DNA of 64,000 nt from Candidatus Poribacteria bacterium (lineage in GTDB: Bacteria > Poribacteria > WGA-4E > PCPOR2b). The stretch's first letter is position 1; each line of letters starts with the position of its first letter. The notes beneath the pieces were generated by a model. That model made no database searches and was not told where the DNA came from. It was given only the letters and a program-made list of their open reading frames with translations. Positions 39,949-51,070 of the stretch are shown piece after piece. Position numbers and translations under genes: made by a program. The stretch covers positions 2,432,001-2,496,000 of the forward strand of contig OZ244587.1 in assembly GCA_965218095.1 (NCBI GenBank), in the 5' to 3' direction.

Positions 39949-39976
39949 AAAATACGCTTGGCTTTTTTTTTGTCAA
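39949..39976 (-). promoter_or_regulatory. Putative sigma70 promoter of the GT9 gene
   Basis: TTGACA-N16-TATTTT on the minus strand. Confidence 0.4.
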
Positions 39977-40089
39977 AAGAGTTTGTAAACAGATAACGGC
40001 ACATCTGCATATGCGACACGAAGATGTTTCAAGGACAATCCGCCCATCAGAATTCTTTCATTCTTCGATGCTTCAATTCATTTCACGTT

Positions 40090-41751
40090 CTACGACGTCC
40101 CATGCTCTTCACAGTACTGAATACCGCCGAACTGCGTTGGTACATGAATAAACGTGACCGTATCCGCTGCTAACCCACGCTCGATTGCAGGAGCAAGCTG
40201 ATTGGGGTGTTCAATATACACGCCCTCCGCCCCAAGCGCCTCGGCGACCCGATCAAAACGGATTTCGCCAAACACCGTTCCTATGCGACGGTCTGGCGAG
40301 CGCGAATCGGCTTCGATGCCCCATGCACTGTCGTGTGCGACAATGGCGGTGTATGGCGTGTTGAAGCGTAGCGCCGTTTCGATTTCCGTAATTGTGAAGC
40401 CCGCAGCGCCATCACCGCTCAAGAGTAGTACCGGCTTTCCCGGACGGGCTAACTTTGCAGCGACGGCGCCGGGGACACCCCAACCGACAACGCCGCTTGC
40501 GCCGCACGTAAACCAGTATTCTGGGTGGCGGTTCCAAAGGGTCATGTGTCCCCAACGCCCGATATTTCCACCATCAAGCAGGAAGGTCACGTCCCCATCC
40601 AAAAATGGTTGGATTTCCCGACACATCCGCAGTGAAGTGAGCGGGCATGCCTCCTCATGTCCTCGCGTCGCCCACTTCGCTAACAACGCTTCGCGTCCTT
40701 CACGTACCTTTGCCAGCCACGCCCGATGGTTCCATGTAAAGTTGTTCCCTTCCATGTCCATCTGTTCAAGGGCAGACCGCGAATCGCTGACAATCCCGAT
40801 TTCCGGCTCAATTGGTTTCGATAATTCGTTTGGATCGAAATCGACGCGGATAAAACGCACGGATTCTGAGAATACAGGTGGACGACCATATCCCAAACGG
40901 TAATCGATTCCCGCCCCTAATACCAACGCAACATCGGCTTCAGCAAGGCTTGCGAATGCCCCGTTGGTCTCGCCACCATAAGTTGCGCCGACATACTCAT
41001 GCAACGCCGTTTCGATACACCCACGTGACCACATATTTGAAAAAATCGGGATATACGTCAAAGCGGCGAATTTGGCAATCGCTTGACCAGCGTTGGCATA
41101 GAAGGTGCCGTTTCCAACGATGATTACCGGACGTTCTGCATTTGCCAACTGTCTAACCGCATCACGAATGAGATCCGGATCGCCGGGGGCGTGCGGGTTG
41201 ACCTGGGCAACAGGTGAAGGAGATTCATGTAACCGGTGAATGGCTGAATCTGGCATCTGCGCGGTGAAAACATCAACAGGTATGGTCAGGTGCACCGGTC
41301 CCGGGCGGCCAGATAATGCTAATCCAAGCGCGTTGGTGAATTCATGCTCTAATACCTTGATGCAATCGACAAACCGCGCGTATTTACAGATCGGCGCCGC
41401 CATGCCTACCTGATCGAGTTCCTGGAAATGCCCCATACCGCGCGTCTGTACGCTGGCGCAGCCGCTGATTAGAAGCATGGGTCCCCCATCCCAGGATGCA
41501 TTGGCAAGCCCTGTGAGTGTGTTCGTGTGCCCAGGCCCCGCACTCACAGCGACAACCCCAATTCGTTTGGTCATCCGTCCCCATGTATCTGCCATATACG
41601 CCGCGGACTGTTCGTTTCGCACGTCAATCACCTGCATCTTCAAATCAATGCATGCATCCAAGAACGGTTTGAGTCCGTTACCGCAAAGGGCGAAGACGAA
41701 TTCTACGCCACGCCGTTGGAGCGTGTCAACCAACCAGTGTGCACCGTTCAT
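40090..41751 (-). CDS. ThDP-dependent enzyme (acetolactate synthase / 2-hydroxyacyl-CoA lyase-like)
   Basis: DVRNEQSAAYMAD, AGPGHTN, FQELDQ, GRPGPVHL, SGDGAAGF. Confidence 0.9.
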   Translation of the reverse strand: MNGAHWLVDTLQRRGVEFVFALCGNGLKPFLDACIDLKMQVIDVRNEQSAAYMADTWGRMTKRIGVVAVSAGPGHTNTLTGLANASWDGGPMLLISGCASVQTRGMGHFQELDQVGMAAPICKYARFVDCIKVLEHEFTNALGLALSGRPGPVHLTIPVDVFTAQMPDSAIHRLHESPSPVAQVNPHAPGDPDLIRDAVRQLANAERPVIIVGNGTFYANAGQAIAKFAALTYIPIFSNMWSRGCIETALHEYVGATYGGETNGAFASLAEADVALVLGAGIDYRLGYGRPPVFSESVRFIRVDFDPNELSKPIEPEIGIVSDSRSALEQMDMEGNNFTWNHRAWLAKVREGREALLAKWATRGHEEACPLTSLRMCREIQPFLDGDVTFLLDGGNIGRWGHMTLWNRHPEYWFTCGASGVVGWGVPGAVAAKLARPGKPVLLLSGDGAAGFTITEIETALRFNTPYTAIVAHDSAWGIEADSRSPDRRIGTVFGEIRFDRVAEALGAEGVYIEHPNQLAPAIERGLAADTVTFIHVPTQFGGIQYCEEHGTS

Positions 41752-41996
41752 AAACTACCTCCCGATAATTATGATTTATGCCAGTTTTTTTGACTGCCTT
41801 TTGAAACATTTTCCGAATCAACGAGCATAATTTGAACGCAGAAAATCGAAAACGAAATGGCTCTGCGGGACCGATACCCTGTCGTTGACAGGTTTTTACA
41901 AAGCGCGAGGTGTGCTTCTGCAAGCCGCCCAGGATTTGTCTGTCCAGTCTACCCCCAATTAAAATCGGGGGTTTTGGATCGGGGACTTTGATAATT

Positions 41997-44900
41997 TTAG
42001 CTGTGAGTCAACTGAGAAGGCAGCCCCTCAATAATCCGGGTCGATTCCACACTCACATAAACGATGCGCTCGATCGCCGCGACCAAATCGCGCGGGTCTT
42101 CAAACCAGCCGTTGGGGTCGTTGAGAATGCCGCTTTCCACCTCCCGCTTAATCCTGTAGCGGTCTCTGAACCAATCCAGAGGCGTTCTGCCGTTGACTAC
42201 ATACCGATGTGCTTCGGCTGGGATGCCGGTTAAGCGCACATGCTCATTGATGTTGAGCGTCGTTTTTGCGGGGGTAGCGAAACGCATTGTCTTCTCGGTC
42301 AACCGAAAATGATGCGGTTGCGGCTCTCCATCGTGAGCGAACACGAGGGAAAGCGGGTACTGTTCGCACGTCTCGTAACCAAGGTGGAGGGCTGCAAGTT
42401 CCTTCCCCGCTTCTGCGAAGGCGTGGAAATCCGGTGCGAACGGGATGCACGGTATCTCCCTCGACAAATTGTTTGCGAACTCCTCCCGATAGATTGGCGC
42501 GTTCAGAATACCATAAACGTAGTCGAAAATGTCATCCTTGCTAATCAGGTCACCGCCATAATGCTCGCGAAAGACACGCAACGCCGTGTCCGAGATGTTA
42601 TCAATACGCTCCGGTGCCGCGTCAATACCCTGTAACTCATTAGTAGCATCGGTGGTGTTCACAGGGTGCTGATAGCGGTATCGTGGGAAACACTGGCATG
42701 CCCCATTAAAACTATAGTCTGGCATTGTATCTGTCATAAGTGCGGAAAATGGCTTTTGGCTTCCGATACCGGGGACGCATATCACACGGTTTTCACTGGA
42801 ACCGCTTGGAAAGATCCGACCCATCTGGTGCTTTCTCTGTATGAAGATGTAGTTAGCATAACAATTTGTGGCGATGAATGGGCGGTACATAACCTTTCGG
42901 ATATAGTTATCATCGAATCTGGTTGCTTCCCGCCGCCTCAAACGGTCCATGAGTTCTCCTACCCACGTAACATTCTCCGTGTGGCGGCGTGCCACATCAT
43001 CCACTGTGAGTTCAGGATTCGCCTCAAATTCGGAAAGCGCGCCGAGATAATCCTGTGTCATTCGCTGCGCTCTATCTAAACAGGCATCGCGTGAGAAGTT
43101 GTAGATGTATGCGTCTCTGTTTGTTTTCACGCCTTGGGAATATAACCGAAATATTGCGTCATCCGCCCTGTTTGCCCTCGCGTCCGCCGATCCCATCGGA
43201 TAGAACTGCATGAATGCATCGCTACGCTGTTCTATCCAATCGTAATGCCTATCGGGTGCAATCTCCTGCCAATCGCAGAACCCTGAGATCGATACCGCCT
43301 CGCGCAGTGCAATCAATTTTTCCTCACGTTTGAGATAGTCACCAATATCTCGGTAGCGGATGCGGCATCCACTGTGGGCAGCGTTTGGGTTCTTGACCAA
43401 GATAGTAATAGCAACAGGTGCCCTTGACCCTGAACCGAACACCTTGCCCCCTTCACGACGGGACTGTTCGCCCTGAGTCCGCTGATTTCCACGCAGGTGC
43501 AGGACATAGATTGAACTGAACTCCTCTGCTAAACACGCACGAACCCCCGCATCAACGTTTCCATCAATCCAAGAACCGTTGGTGACAAAGGCGATAATTC
43601 CCTGCCCTTCAATCCGGTCCGATGCCCAGCGGATAGCCATCTTATATGTGTCGTAGAGATTCCTCTTATTCGTTGTCATTGTGTACACAAAATAGGTCTC
43701 TCTGATCCGCTCTTCAAGTTCTGGGCACTTTACATTCTGATTATCGTCTGTTCCTCTCTTCTGCCCTGACGACCAAGGCGGGTTACCAACGATGACCTGA
43801 ATCGGCAGATTCTGTTGACGCTCGGCGCGTGCGTTGTTGGCTGGGAGCAAGTCGAGTTGGAAAAGAGACGGGACTTCCTCATCGGTCTGTTTGTTCAGAT
43901 TGAATGTGTCGGTTAAGACTATACCGTTGAACGGCTCATAACCGCTGTCTACTCCGCACTTGCCGCGGTAGGCTTCTTCGATATTGACCGCCGCGATGTA
44001 GTAGGCGAGGAGAACAATCTCATTTGCATGTAACTCCTCATGGTATTTCCGCTCGAGATCGGAGGCTTGGATAAGATCAGATTGCAGCAGGCGTGCCAGA
44101 AAAACACCAGCGCCGGTAAATGGATCAAGGACATGTACCCCTTCGTCGCTCAAGTTCCTGCTGAACTCTTTCTGCAATACCTCCTCAGCACTGTGTAGGA
44201 TAAAGTCCACAACCTCGACAGGTGTATAGACGATGCCGAGTCGTTCCGCGTCTTTCTTCAGGGCGGTAGCGAAGAACTTCTCGTACAGTTCCAACAGTAC
44301 TCGTTGCCGTCCTTCGCTGTTATCAATACCACGGGCACGCATCCGAAACTTTCATAGAACCCGTCCAAATCTCGCGTTTCATCCTCCAGTCCAAAGTCTT
44401 TGAAATCGTCCCGCAGTTTGTCTAGTGCAATCGACACAGGATTGCCGGAGGCAAAATCGTAATCCTCGAACAGTGCCTCAAAAACGGGGCGGGTCAGGAT
44501 GTGTTGCGCCATCATATCAATTGCGTCGTTCCAAGTAACCGATGGATTTATTGCACCTTGCACCTCTGCGTGGAATGCGTTGAACCAATCGTGCAGCACA
44601 TCGTTGTCGGGATTATCCAGTAGATTTTCAATTCGGACAACAACTCGCTGGAAAATATCTGCAACATCCTTAGCCCAGCTCTCCCAGTATTTTCGGTCTC
44701 CGCACTTCTCCACAATCTTTGCATAAATGTCTTGGGGGGGGAATTGCAGCTAGCTCGAATGGGATCGGTGGTAGTAGCGGATCTGTCCCGTTTCCATTGC
44801 CGCCTCCATGCCCACCGATGAAGATCCGTTCCGACTGGGCATTATTGAGGTCTATTTTATTGATTTCAGCATTGAGCCTGTCGTCGTGGGAGCGGAGCGC

Positions 44901-46808
44901 ACGTAGGACATTCCACACCGCGGCGAAACGTTCATTGTTGTCTAGGGCATCGGCGGGATCTGTGCCGGGGGGGATTGCAACCGGCAGTATGATGTAGCCG
45001 TACTGCTTGCCCGGTGCTTTTCGCATGACGCGTCCCACCGCCTGAACGATGTCAACATGCGAGTTTCTTGGGGTCATAAAGAGCACTGCATCAAGTGCAG
45101 GCACGTCAATACCTTCGGAGAGACACCGTGCATTTGAAAGGATACGACAAGCGCCGGCGGTGCTGCCCTTTAACCATTCGATTCGGGTTTTTCGATCGAA
45201 TGCGTTATGTTGACCATCAACATGCTGCGTTTCGCATTGAAAATCAACCGGTTGTTGGTCTTCCGGCATCCGTTCAATGGCACTCTCAATCACTGGATTC
45301 CAATACTCTGCTAGGCGTTTTGAATTGATGATGGTATTGTTGAATGCGATAGCACGTGTCAGGGGTTCAATAGTCCCATCTTCATCGGACTTCCCTTCCG
45401 GGTTTTGTAGCGCCCGCCAAGAGCCAACGAACTTGGTCGCGTCGGTAATGTTGATTTCGCTTCCGCCCTTCCCGATATACCCTTGCAGTGCCGTGTCCGC
45501 ATCTGGCTCGTACATGGTAAAAATTACCACTCTGTAGTCGGACAGTAGGTCCTGCTCGACGGCTCTGGAGAAGGGGAGACGGTGAAACTCAGGCCCGTAG
45601 GTCTCCGGATCGTCCATTGAGAATACTTCGATGTCATGGCGCGCCGCCTTTGCTTTCGCGCCTTCCGTATAAAGCCGGGATGTCGCGGTCATGTAGAGCC
45701 GTTTCTTCACATGAATGCGGTCGGCGTTGTGCACAAGCACGAATGGAGATGTCTTGTCTTCAGACTGCTCAATGCCGGTGGTTCTGTGCGCCTCGTCGCA
45801 GAGAACGATGTCGAACGCCGGCGCGCCTTGCTCCTGCGCACTTTCGACAATGGGGAGTGAATGGTAGGTGCAGAAGACCACCGTCATCGCGTCCTCGTCT
45901 GTTTTCTGTAGCACTTCAGAGATCTTTAACGGGTCTGTGGTGACCGGGATTTCCAGTTCCTGAATAGGCACGTCCTCAGTCTTTCTTCCGGTGCTTGTAT
46001 CGGAGCAAATCCCGATATACCGATGCTGTACTCCCTGCTGCTCCGCCCATTCTCGCATCGCCTGCGAAAATAACCCGATAGACGGAACGAGATAGAGCAC
46101 CCGGCCGCTGATACCTGCAATCTCCTCAGCAATCCTCAGGGCGGTGAAGGTCTTGCCGGTGCCGCACGCCATGATCAGTTTGCCGCGATCGGACGTTTTG
46201 AAGCCGCTGACAACGTCATCAAACGCTTTTTGTTGATGATCTCTCAGCTTAAACCGCTCTATTCGGTAGTCTAGTTGTTCCGGCACCTCACGGTGCAGGT
46301 CGGGCCAATCGATCGGGCGGCTGGCAAGATGGCCATAGCCGATCACTTGAAAATTGGCTCCCAACGGCTCGATGGTTCTGCGCACATTCGGACCTAACTC
46401 AGCACCCGTATGGACGAGAATTCGCTTTGTAAACACCTCGGACGCTGAAGCAGCGACGAATGAATCAATCTGCGGCTTTGTAACCCGCGTGTCCTCCGCA
46501 AAGCATTTACACTGAATCGCACAGTATTCGCCGTCACTCTCTCGTGCAACGAGGTCAATTCCGGTATCGACACCGTCGTATTCTGTACGGAGTGCCGCCC
46601 ACTCTTTCCACAGATAGACATCGGTAAACCGCTCTTTGTAGAGGGGGTCTACAGAGAGATATTGCTTCATGAGTCGTTCAAACTCATCACCTATGAGGTA
46701 TTGGGAAGCAGCAGATTCGCGAAGTTGATTCAGGACACCTTGGAATCCGGTTGTTGTTTCCCCACTTCCCGTTTCCAAGCCGAGGTAAAGTTGCGGTGTT
46801 TCTGACAT
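41997..46808 (-). pseudogene. Type ISP (LlaGI/LlaBIII-like) restriction-modification enzyme split by two frameshifts
   Basis: Mrr-like nuclease (DTGIDLVA, AIQCK), SF2 helicase (MACGTGKT, DEAH, QAVGRVMR), coupler (KCGDRKYWE), MTase (GIVYTP, DPFTG, GNPPW) and TRD. Frameshifts at G8 44734-44741 and near 44350. Confidence 0.92.
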
Positions 46809-46891
46809 ATCTGTCTCCTTGCGAAAGTGGGTAGTAGGTAGACACGGCATGCGCCGAATTTCGTGATGATACCCACCCATGTGAAGAACCC

Positions 46892-46931
46892 GTGATACCC
46901 GATAGTGCGTAAAAAAGTCAAGTTTTTTACG
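46892..46931 (-). promoter_or_regulatory. Putative promoter with an overlapping palindromic operator upstream of the R-M gene
   Basis: TTGACT-N18-TATCAC on the minus strand; perfect 9-bp inverted repeat CGTAAAAAA-N6-TTTTTTACG (46908-46931) brackets the -35. Confidence 0.5.
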
Positions 46932-47132
46932 GGTGACAAATTTGAGAGTGTAAACTTGTAGATAGATTTACGGTATAATTCTACTAACAGAAAGAAGGGC
47001 GGCAAATTAGATCCAGTTGTGGTCTGCTTTGACAGACCTCTGGAGATGTTCCCGCTATCAGCAGATGGCTTTATCTATCTTTACGTGAATACTCTCAATC
47101 TCCAAAAGGGCTAAGGTTTGAAAGATCCAATA

Positions 47133-48071
47133 CTACGCCTCGCGAGCAGATGCCAGAAACGCATCAACCTGCTTGGCAGTTGGCATAGATGGGGCAGCGC
47201 CAAGTACTGTAACGGCTAATGCGCCGGCGGCATTGGCAAAGGCGACAGCATCTCCAAATTTTTCGCCTCGTGCCAGCGCGACTGCGAGGGCACCACAAAA
47301 GGCGTCACCGGCTGCCGTCGTGTCAACGACGTTGACCGCGTATGCTGGAATGCGTTTTTTCAGTTCAAGGGTAAGCAATAGGATGCCCCGATCACCGAGC
47401 GTCAAAATCACAGCGGAGGTTCCTTTATTCAATAGAATTTTGGCAGCACGTTCCGCACCTGCCGAGTCAGAAACTTTGACATCCGAAAGTGCTTCGGTCT
47501 CCACTTCGTTTGGGGTAAGAATGTCCACCTGAGCCAGGAAGCTATCCGGCAATTCCTGCGCTGGGGCAGGGTTAAGGATGACCGTTGCATCATTAGATTT
47601 CGCGATTTCTGCGGCACGTTGGGAAGCGGAAATCGGTACTTCCAACTGCAAAAGGAGGACATCCGCGGCAGCAATTGCCTCTGAAGCACGTTCTATATCT
47701 TTAACGCTCAAACGCATATTGGCCTGTGGAACAATAACGATACTGTTGTCTCCATCGGTGTCGATCAGTATCGAAGCCACGCCCGTCCCTACTTCTGTGT
47801 CCCGGACGACAAAATCCGTGTGGATGCCCTCCTCGGCATGGGCGGACATCAGTGTGTCTCCAAAGAGATCCGTCCCCAACCGACCGATTATTGTCACGTC
47901 CGCCCCCAACCGTGCGGCAGCGATTGCCTGGTTGCTGCCTTTTCCCCCGATAAACATGCCGAATTCTTCCCCCATGAGCGTTTCTCCTTTTTGAGGGCGG
48001 CGCTCCGCTTTGACCACGAGGTCCATATTAAAACTTCCCACGACAACAACTTTCGGGTTCTGTTCGTTCAT
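47133..48071 (-). CDS. rbsK: Ribokinase
   Basis: VVGSFNMDLV, GGKGSNQA, LQLEVP, LNPAPA, PNEVE, VDTTAAGDAF. Confidence 0.95.
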   Translation of the reverse strand: MNEQNPKVVVVGSFNMDLVVKAERRPQKGETLMGEEFGMFIGGKGSNQAIAAARLGADVTIIGRLGTDLFGDTLMSAHAEEGIHTDFVVRDTEVGTGVASILIDTDGDNSIVIVPQANMRLSVKDIERASEAIAAADVLLLQLEVPISASQRAAEIAKSNDATVILNPAPAQELPDSFLAQVDILTPNEVETEALSDVKVSDSAGAERAAKILLNKGTSAVILTLGDRGILLLTLELKKRIPAYAVNVVDTTAAGDAFCGALAVALARGEKFGDAVAFANAAGALAVTVLGAAPSMPTAKQVDAFLASAREA

Positions 48072-48130
48072 ACCCGCCTCCTAAACCGCAGCGTCATCAG
48101 ATCTCCCCGACGAAAAGGAGAACTAGGTAG

Positions 48131-48160
48131 ATTATAGTCTGATCGGGTTACGTTTGTCAA
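48131..48160 (-). promoter_or_regulatory. Consensus sigma70 promoter for rbsK
   Basis: TTGACA-N18-TATAAT on the minus strand. Confidence 0.7.
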
Positions 48161-48204
48161 CAGCGTTAAATATTCCCGTCTCTCCACGAGATGCGAAAAA
48201 ACGC

Positions 48205-48233
48205 TTGTCCCATGCAATTGATTATGATAGAAT
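48205..48233 (+). promoter_or_regulatory. Putative extended -10 promoter for the sulfatase-fold gene
   Basis: TTGTCC-N17-TAGAAT with TGn before the -10; divergent from the rbsK promoter. Confidence 0.55.
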
Positions 48234-48294
48234 GAAATCGCGTCCGAGCCGGAACAGAAAAATGTTACAGATCAGGAATTTGGAGGACATCATA

Positions 48295-49665
48295 ATGAAT
48301 CTCATCGTCATTGTTTTGGATAGTTTTCGTCAAGATCACGTCAGCACTTATCACAAAGGCACACCTGCGTTTGAAGGGGTCCAGCCGTGTCAAACGCCAA
48401 ACATTGATCAGTTCTCGGAAGAGTGCATCGTTTTCGAGAACGCTTACCCGGAAGCCTTACCAACAATCCCAATCCGTACCCAACTGATGACGGGACAGCG
48501 GACGCTTCCGTATCGCCCCTGGCAGCCGTTAATCCCAGAGGATGTTGCAATCGTGCAGATCTTGAGCCAGGAGGGATACGTTTGTGGACTCATTTCAGAT
48601 ACCTATCATTACCGCGCGCCGGGTATGAACTTCCACCGCGACTTTCATTCCTACCGTTGGATTCGTGGACAGGAATATGATCCGTATGTATCCGCCCCTC
48701 TGGAGCGAGATCTCAACGACTATATCAACGAAAATTTCCCTGAAGAGTGGCGCAATCGAATCAGTCAGTTCTTGGCAAATACCGAACAGTTTACGGAGCC
48801 AAAAGATTGGTTTGCCTACAAGGTCGTGGATGAAGCAATCGAGTGGCTTGAGGATAATCGTCCGCATGATAAGATTTTCCTTTGGATCGATTCCTTCGAT
48901 CCACACGAACCGTGGGATCCACCTGGTGTGCGGGATACTTACACCGATCCGGATTACGATGGCCCCCGACTGATTATGCCAATGGGCGGCATGGCGAGCA
49001 ATTGGGCGAGCGATGAAGAAATCCAACACATTCAAGGACTTTACGCCGGTGAGGCAGCCTTTGTCGATGACTGCCTCAGTAGGCTATTCGACCGGCTGAA
49101 AGATCTCGGATACTACGACGATTCGCTTATTCTGTTGCTCGCAGATCACGGGCACCCCCTCGGCGATCACGGGAAATTCCTCAAGGGCGCAGATCGAATG
49201 TACAACGAACTCCTCAAAGTTCCGTTTATGGCGCGCCTGCCGAAGGGAGAAGGCGCACGTCGAACCGGTGCGATTGTGCAATTCCAAGACGTCCTCCCGA
49301 CACTGCTGGAGGCGCTCGAATTGGGAAATAATACCTCATCAATGCACGGTGATAGTTTCCTCGACGTTCTCAAGCGGGACAGCGACTCACACCGCGACGC
49401 GATTATTACGGGATACCATGAGGGGGCGGATCGGTGTATTCGGGATGCGACATGGAGCTATATCCAGCGCCCCGAAGGTGAGCCCGACGAGCTCTACAAC
49501 CTAATCAAGGACCCATGTGAGCGGAACAATCTCATCGACCAGCATCCGAATGATGCGATTCGCCTGGCATCGCAGTTTGGGAATTACTTCCGGCGGCACG
49601 GTAGGGCAACGGTCGTTAAGGGGATTCAGGGCAAGTATGAACTTGCCTCCGGCCGTGTGGAATAG
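48295..49665 (+). CDS. Sulfatase / alkaline-phosphatase superfamily hydrolase
   Basis: IVLDSFRQDH, FENAY, PTIPIRTQLMTG, FDPHEPWDPP, LYAGE, ADHG, ELYNL..DP.E..N; RBS GGAGG. Confidence 0.92.
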   Translation: MNLIVIVLDSFRQDHVSTYHKGTPAFEGVQPCQTPNIDQFSEECIVFENAYPEALPTIPIRTQLMTGQRTLPYRPWQPLIPEDVAIVQILSQEGYVCGLISDTYHYRAPGMNFHRDFHSYRWIRGQEYDPYVSAPLERDLNDYINENFPEEWRNRISQFLANTEQFTEPKDWFAYKVVDEAIEWLEDNRPHDKIFLWIDSFDPHEPWDPPGVRDTYTDPDYDGPRLIMPMGGMASNWASDEEIQHIQGLYAGEAAFVDDCLSRLFDRLKDLGYYDDSLILLLADHGHPLGDHGKFLKGADRMYNELLKVPFMARLPKGEGARRTGAIVQFQDVLPTLLEALELGNNTSSMHGDSFLDVLKRDSDSHRDAIITGYHEGADRCIRDATWSYIQRPEGEPDELYNLIKDPCERNNLIDQHPNDAIRLASQFGNYFRRHGRATVVKGIQGKYELASGRVE

Positions 49666-49830
49666 AACGAAAATCGGATAATTGGGTAAGGATGTGCGCT
49701 CATAAATGTGTTCAGGAGTTCAAATGCGTTCATTAATTCACGCGTTCATTTCAGCCATGCAATACGCATCGAATCTCCTTTACACTCAGCTTTTAGGACT
49801 TTGAAGGATAAATACTCGGGCAGTTGACCC

Positions 49831-49863
49831 AGACCTGACAGGTTTCAAAACCCTATCAGGTCT
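49831..49863. repeat. REP-like double palindrome
   Basis: AGACCTGACAGGTTTCAAAACCCTATCAGGTCT. Confidence 0.7.
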
Positions 49864-49885
49864 ACATAAAATACAAGACAATCGC

Positions 49886-50728
49886 TTGCAATCTACAACT
49901 CACAATCCACAACGAGATCAAGCCCGCATTCCGGCGCCGCCATTCTATGGCTCAAGAATCGTCACCGATATTTCGTTGGAACAGGTATACAACTATATCA
50001 ACCCGGTGGTGCTATTCCGCGTACAGTGGCGGCACCGCCGTCAACCGGGCATGACCCAGCATGAATATGACCGGTTTATCGAGCGAGAAGTTGCACCGGT
50101 ATACCAGCATTATAAGAAACTGTGCGCCGATAATCACTGGCTGCGTCCACAGGTGGTATACGGCTACTTCCATGCGCAATCAGATGGCAACGATCTGATC
50201 ATTTACCACGCTGATGCCCAAACTGAATGGGTGCGTTTCACCTTTCCCCGTCAGACACACACCGAAGAACGGCGCTGCATTACCGATTACTTCGCTAGCA
50301 TTGATTCTATCCGAATGGATGTCGCTGCATTTCAAGTTATTACGGTTGGATCGACCATTACGGAAGTGGCGCAGGAATTTCTGGCTGCGGGGGATGACAG
50401 CGAATATTTACATCTACATGGGCTTGGTGTCGAGACGACAGAAGCATTGGCAGAATATGCCCATAGACAAATCCGCCTTGAACTTGGCATTGCTGAGGAA
50501 GACAGTCCATACATCCTCGATCTGTTTCATGGGAGCTATCAAGGGGTGCGTTTTAGTTTTGGGGATGCAGCCTGCCCAAACTTGGCAGAGCTCGCTAAAC
50601 TGTGGCGACTGCTTGAGCCGGAGCGAATCGGCGTTGAACTTTCGGAGGAATTCCAACTTGTGCCTGAGAATTCGACCGCCGTGATCATTGTGCATCATCC
50701 GGAGGCGAGGCTGTTCAACGTAAAATAA
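49886..50728 (+). CDS. Stand-alone MetH AdoMet-binding (reactivation) domain
   Basis: PPFYGSRIV, LFRVQW, VYGYF, FTFPRQ, EALAEY.H..IR.ELG, RFSFG..ACP, PENSTA..VHHPEA; no upstream MetH domains. Confidence 0.88.
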   Translation: MQSTTHNPQRDQARIPAPPFYGSRIVTDISLEQVYNYINPVVLFRVQWRHRRQPGMTQHEYDRFIEREVAPVYQHYKKLCADNHWLRPQVVYGYFHAQSDGNDLIIYHADAQTEWVRFTFPRQTHTEERRCITDYFASIDSIRMDVAAFQVITVGSTITEVAQEFLAAGDDSEYLHLHGLGVETTEALAEYAHRQIRLELGIAEEDSPYILDLFHGSYQGVRFSFGDAACPNLAELAKLWRLLEPERIGVELSEEFQLVPENSTAVIIVHHPEARLFNVK

Positions 50729-51070
50729 CGAGAGTTGGTATCTATTGACAGGAGTCGAGGTCGTTGGATGGGATATAGCACGGATTATCAGAATAAACGG
50801 TTTATTGTATCTGATCCGTTAATTCTGTGGATCTGTGCTATAAACCGAATTGCCAGTCCCTTCCTATACGTCAACTGCTTATAGGTTCCAACTTGAGTTA
50901 AAATACGACTTGGAAGGTCGTGTCGTATAGTACGGCTCTCGCACTTTCACCTTAGGGAACACGCCATCGTTGAGTGGGCAAGCTGCCCACTTTACGGCAA
51001 AAAGCATTGATACCTATCCTAATTAAAATAATATGCAGCACGCAATACGCAATACATTTATGGAGAAACC

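Noticed and set aside
12491-41751. Alpha-oxidation pathway from the PhyH genes plus the ThDP lyase-like gene
   Set aside because: The genes are unlinked and the families are functionally broad, so there is no direct support.
41951-41972. Hairpin ACCCCCAATTAAAATCGGGGGT resembling an IS200/IS605 end
   Set aside because: No tnpA/tnpB or second end nearby; it may simply be a terminator for the R-M gene.
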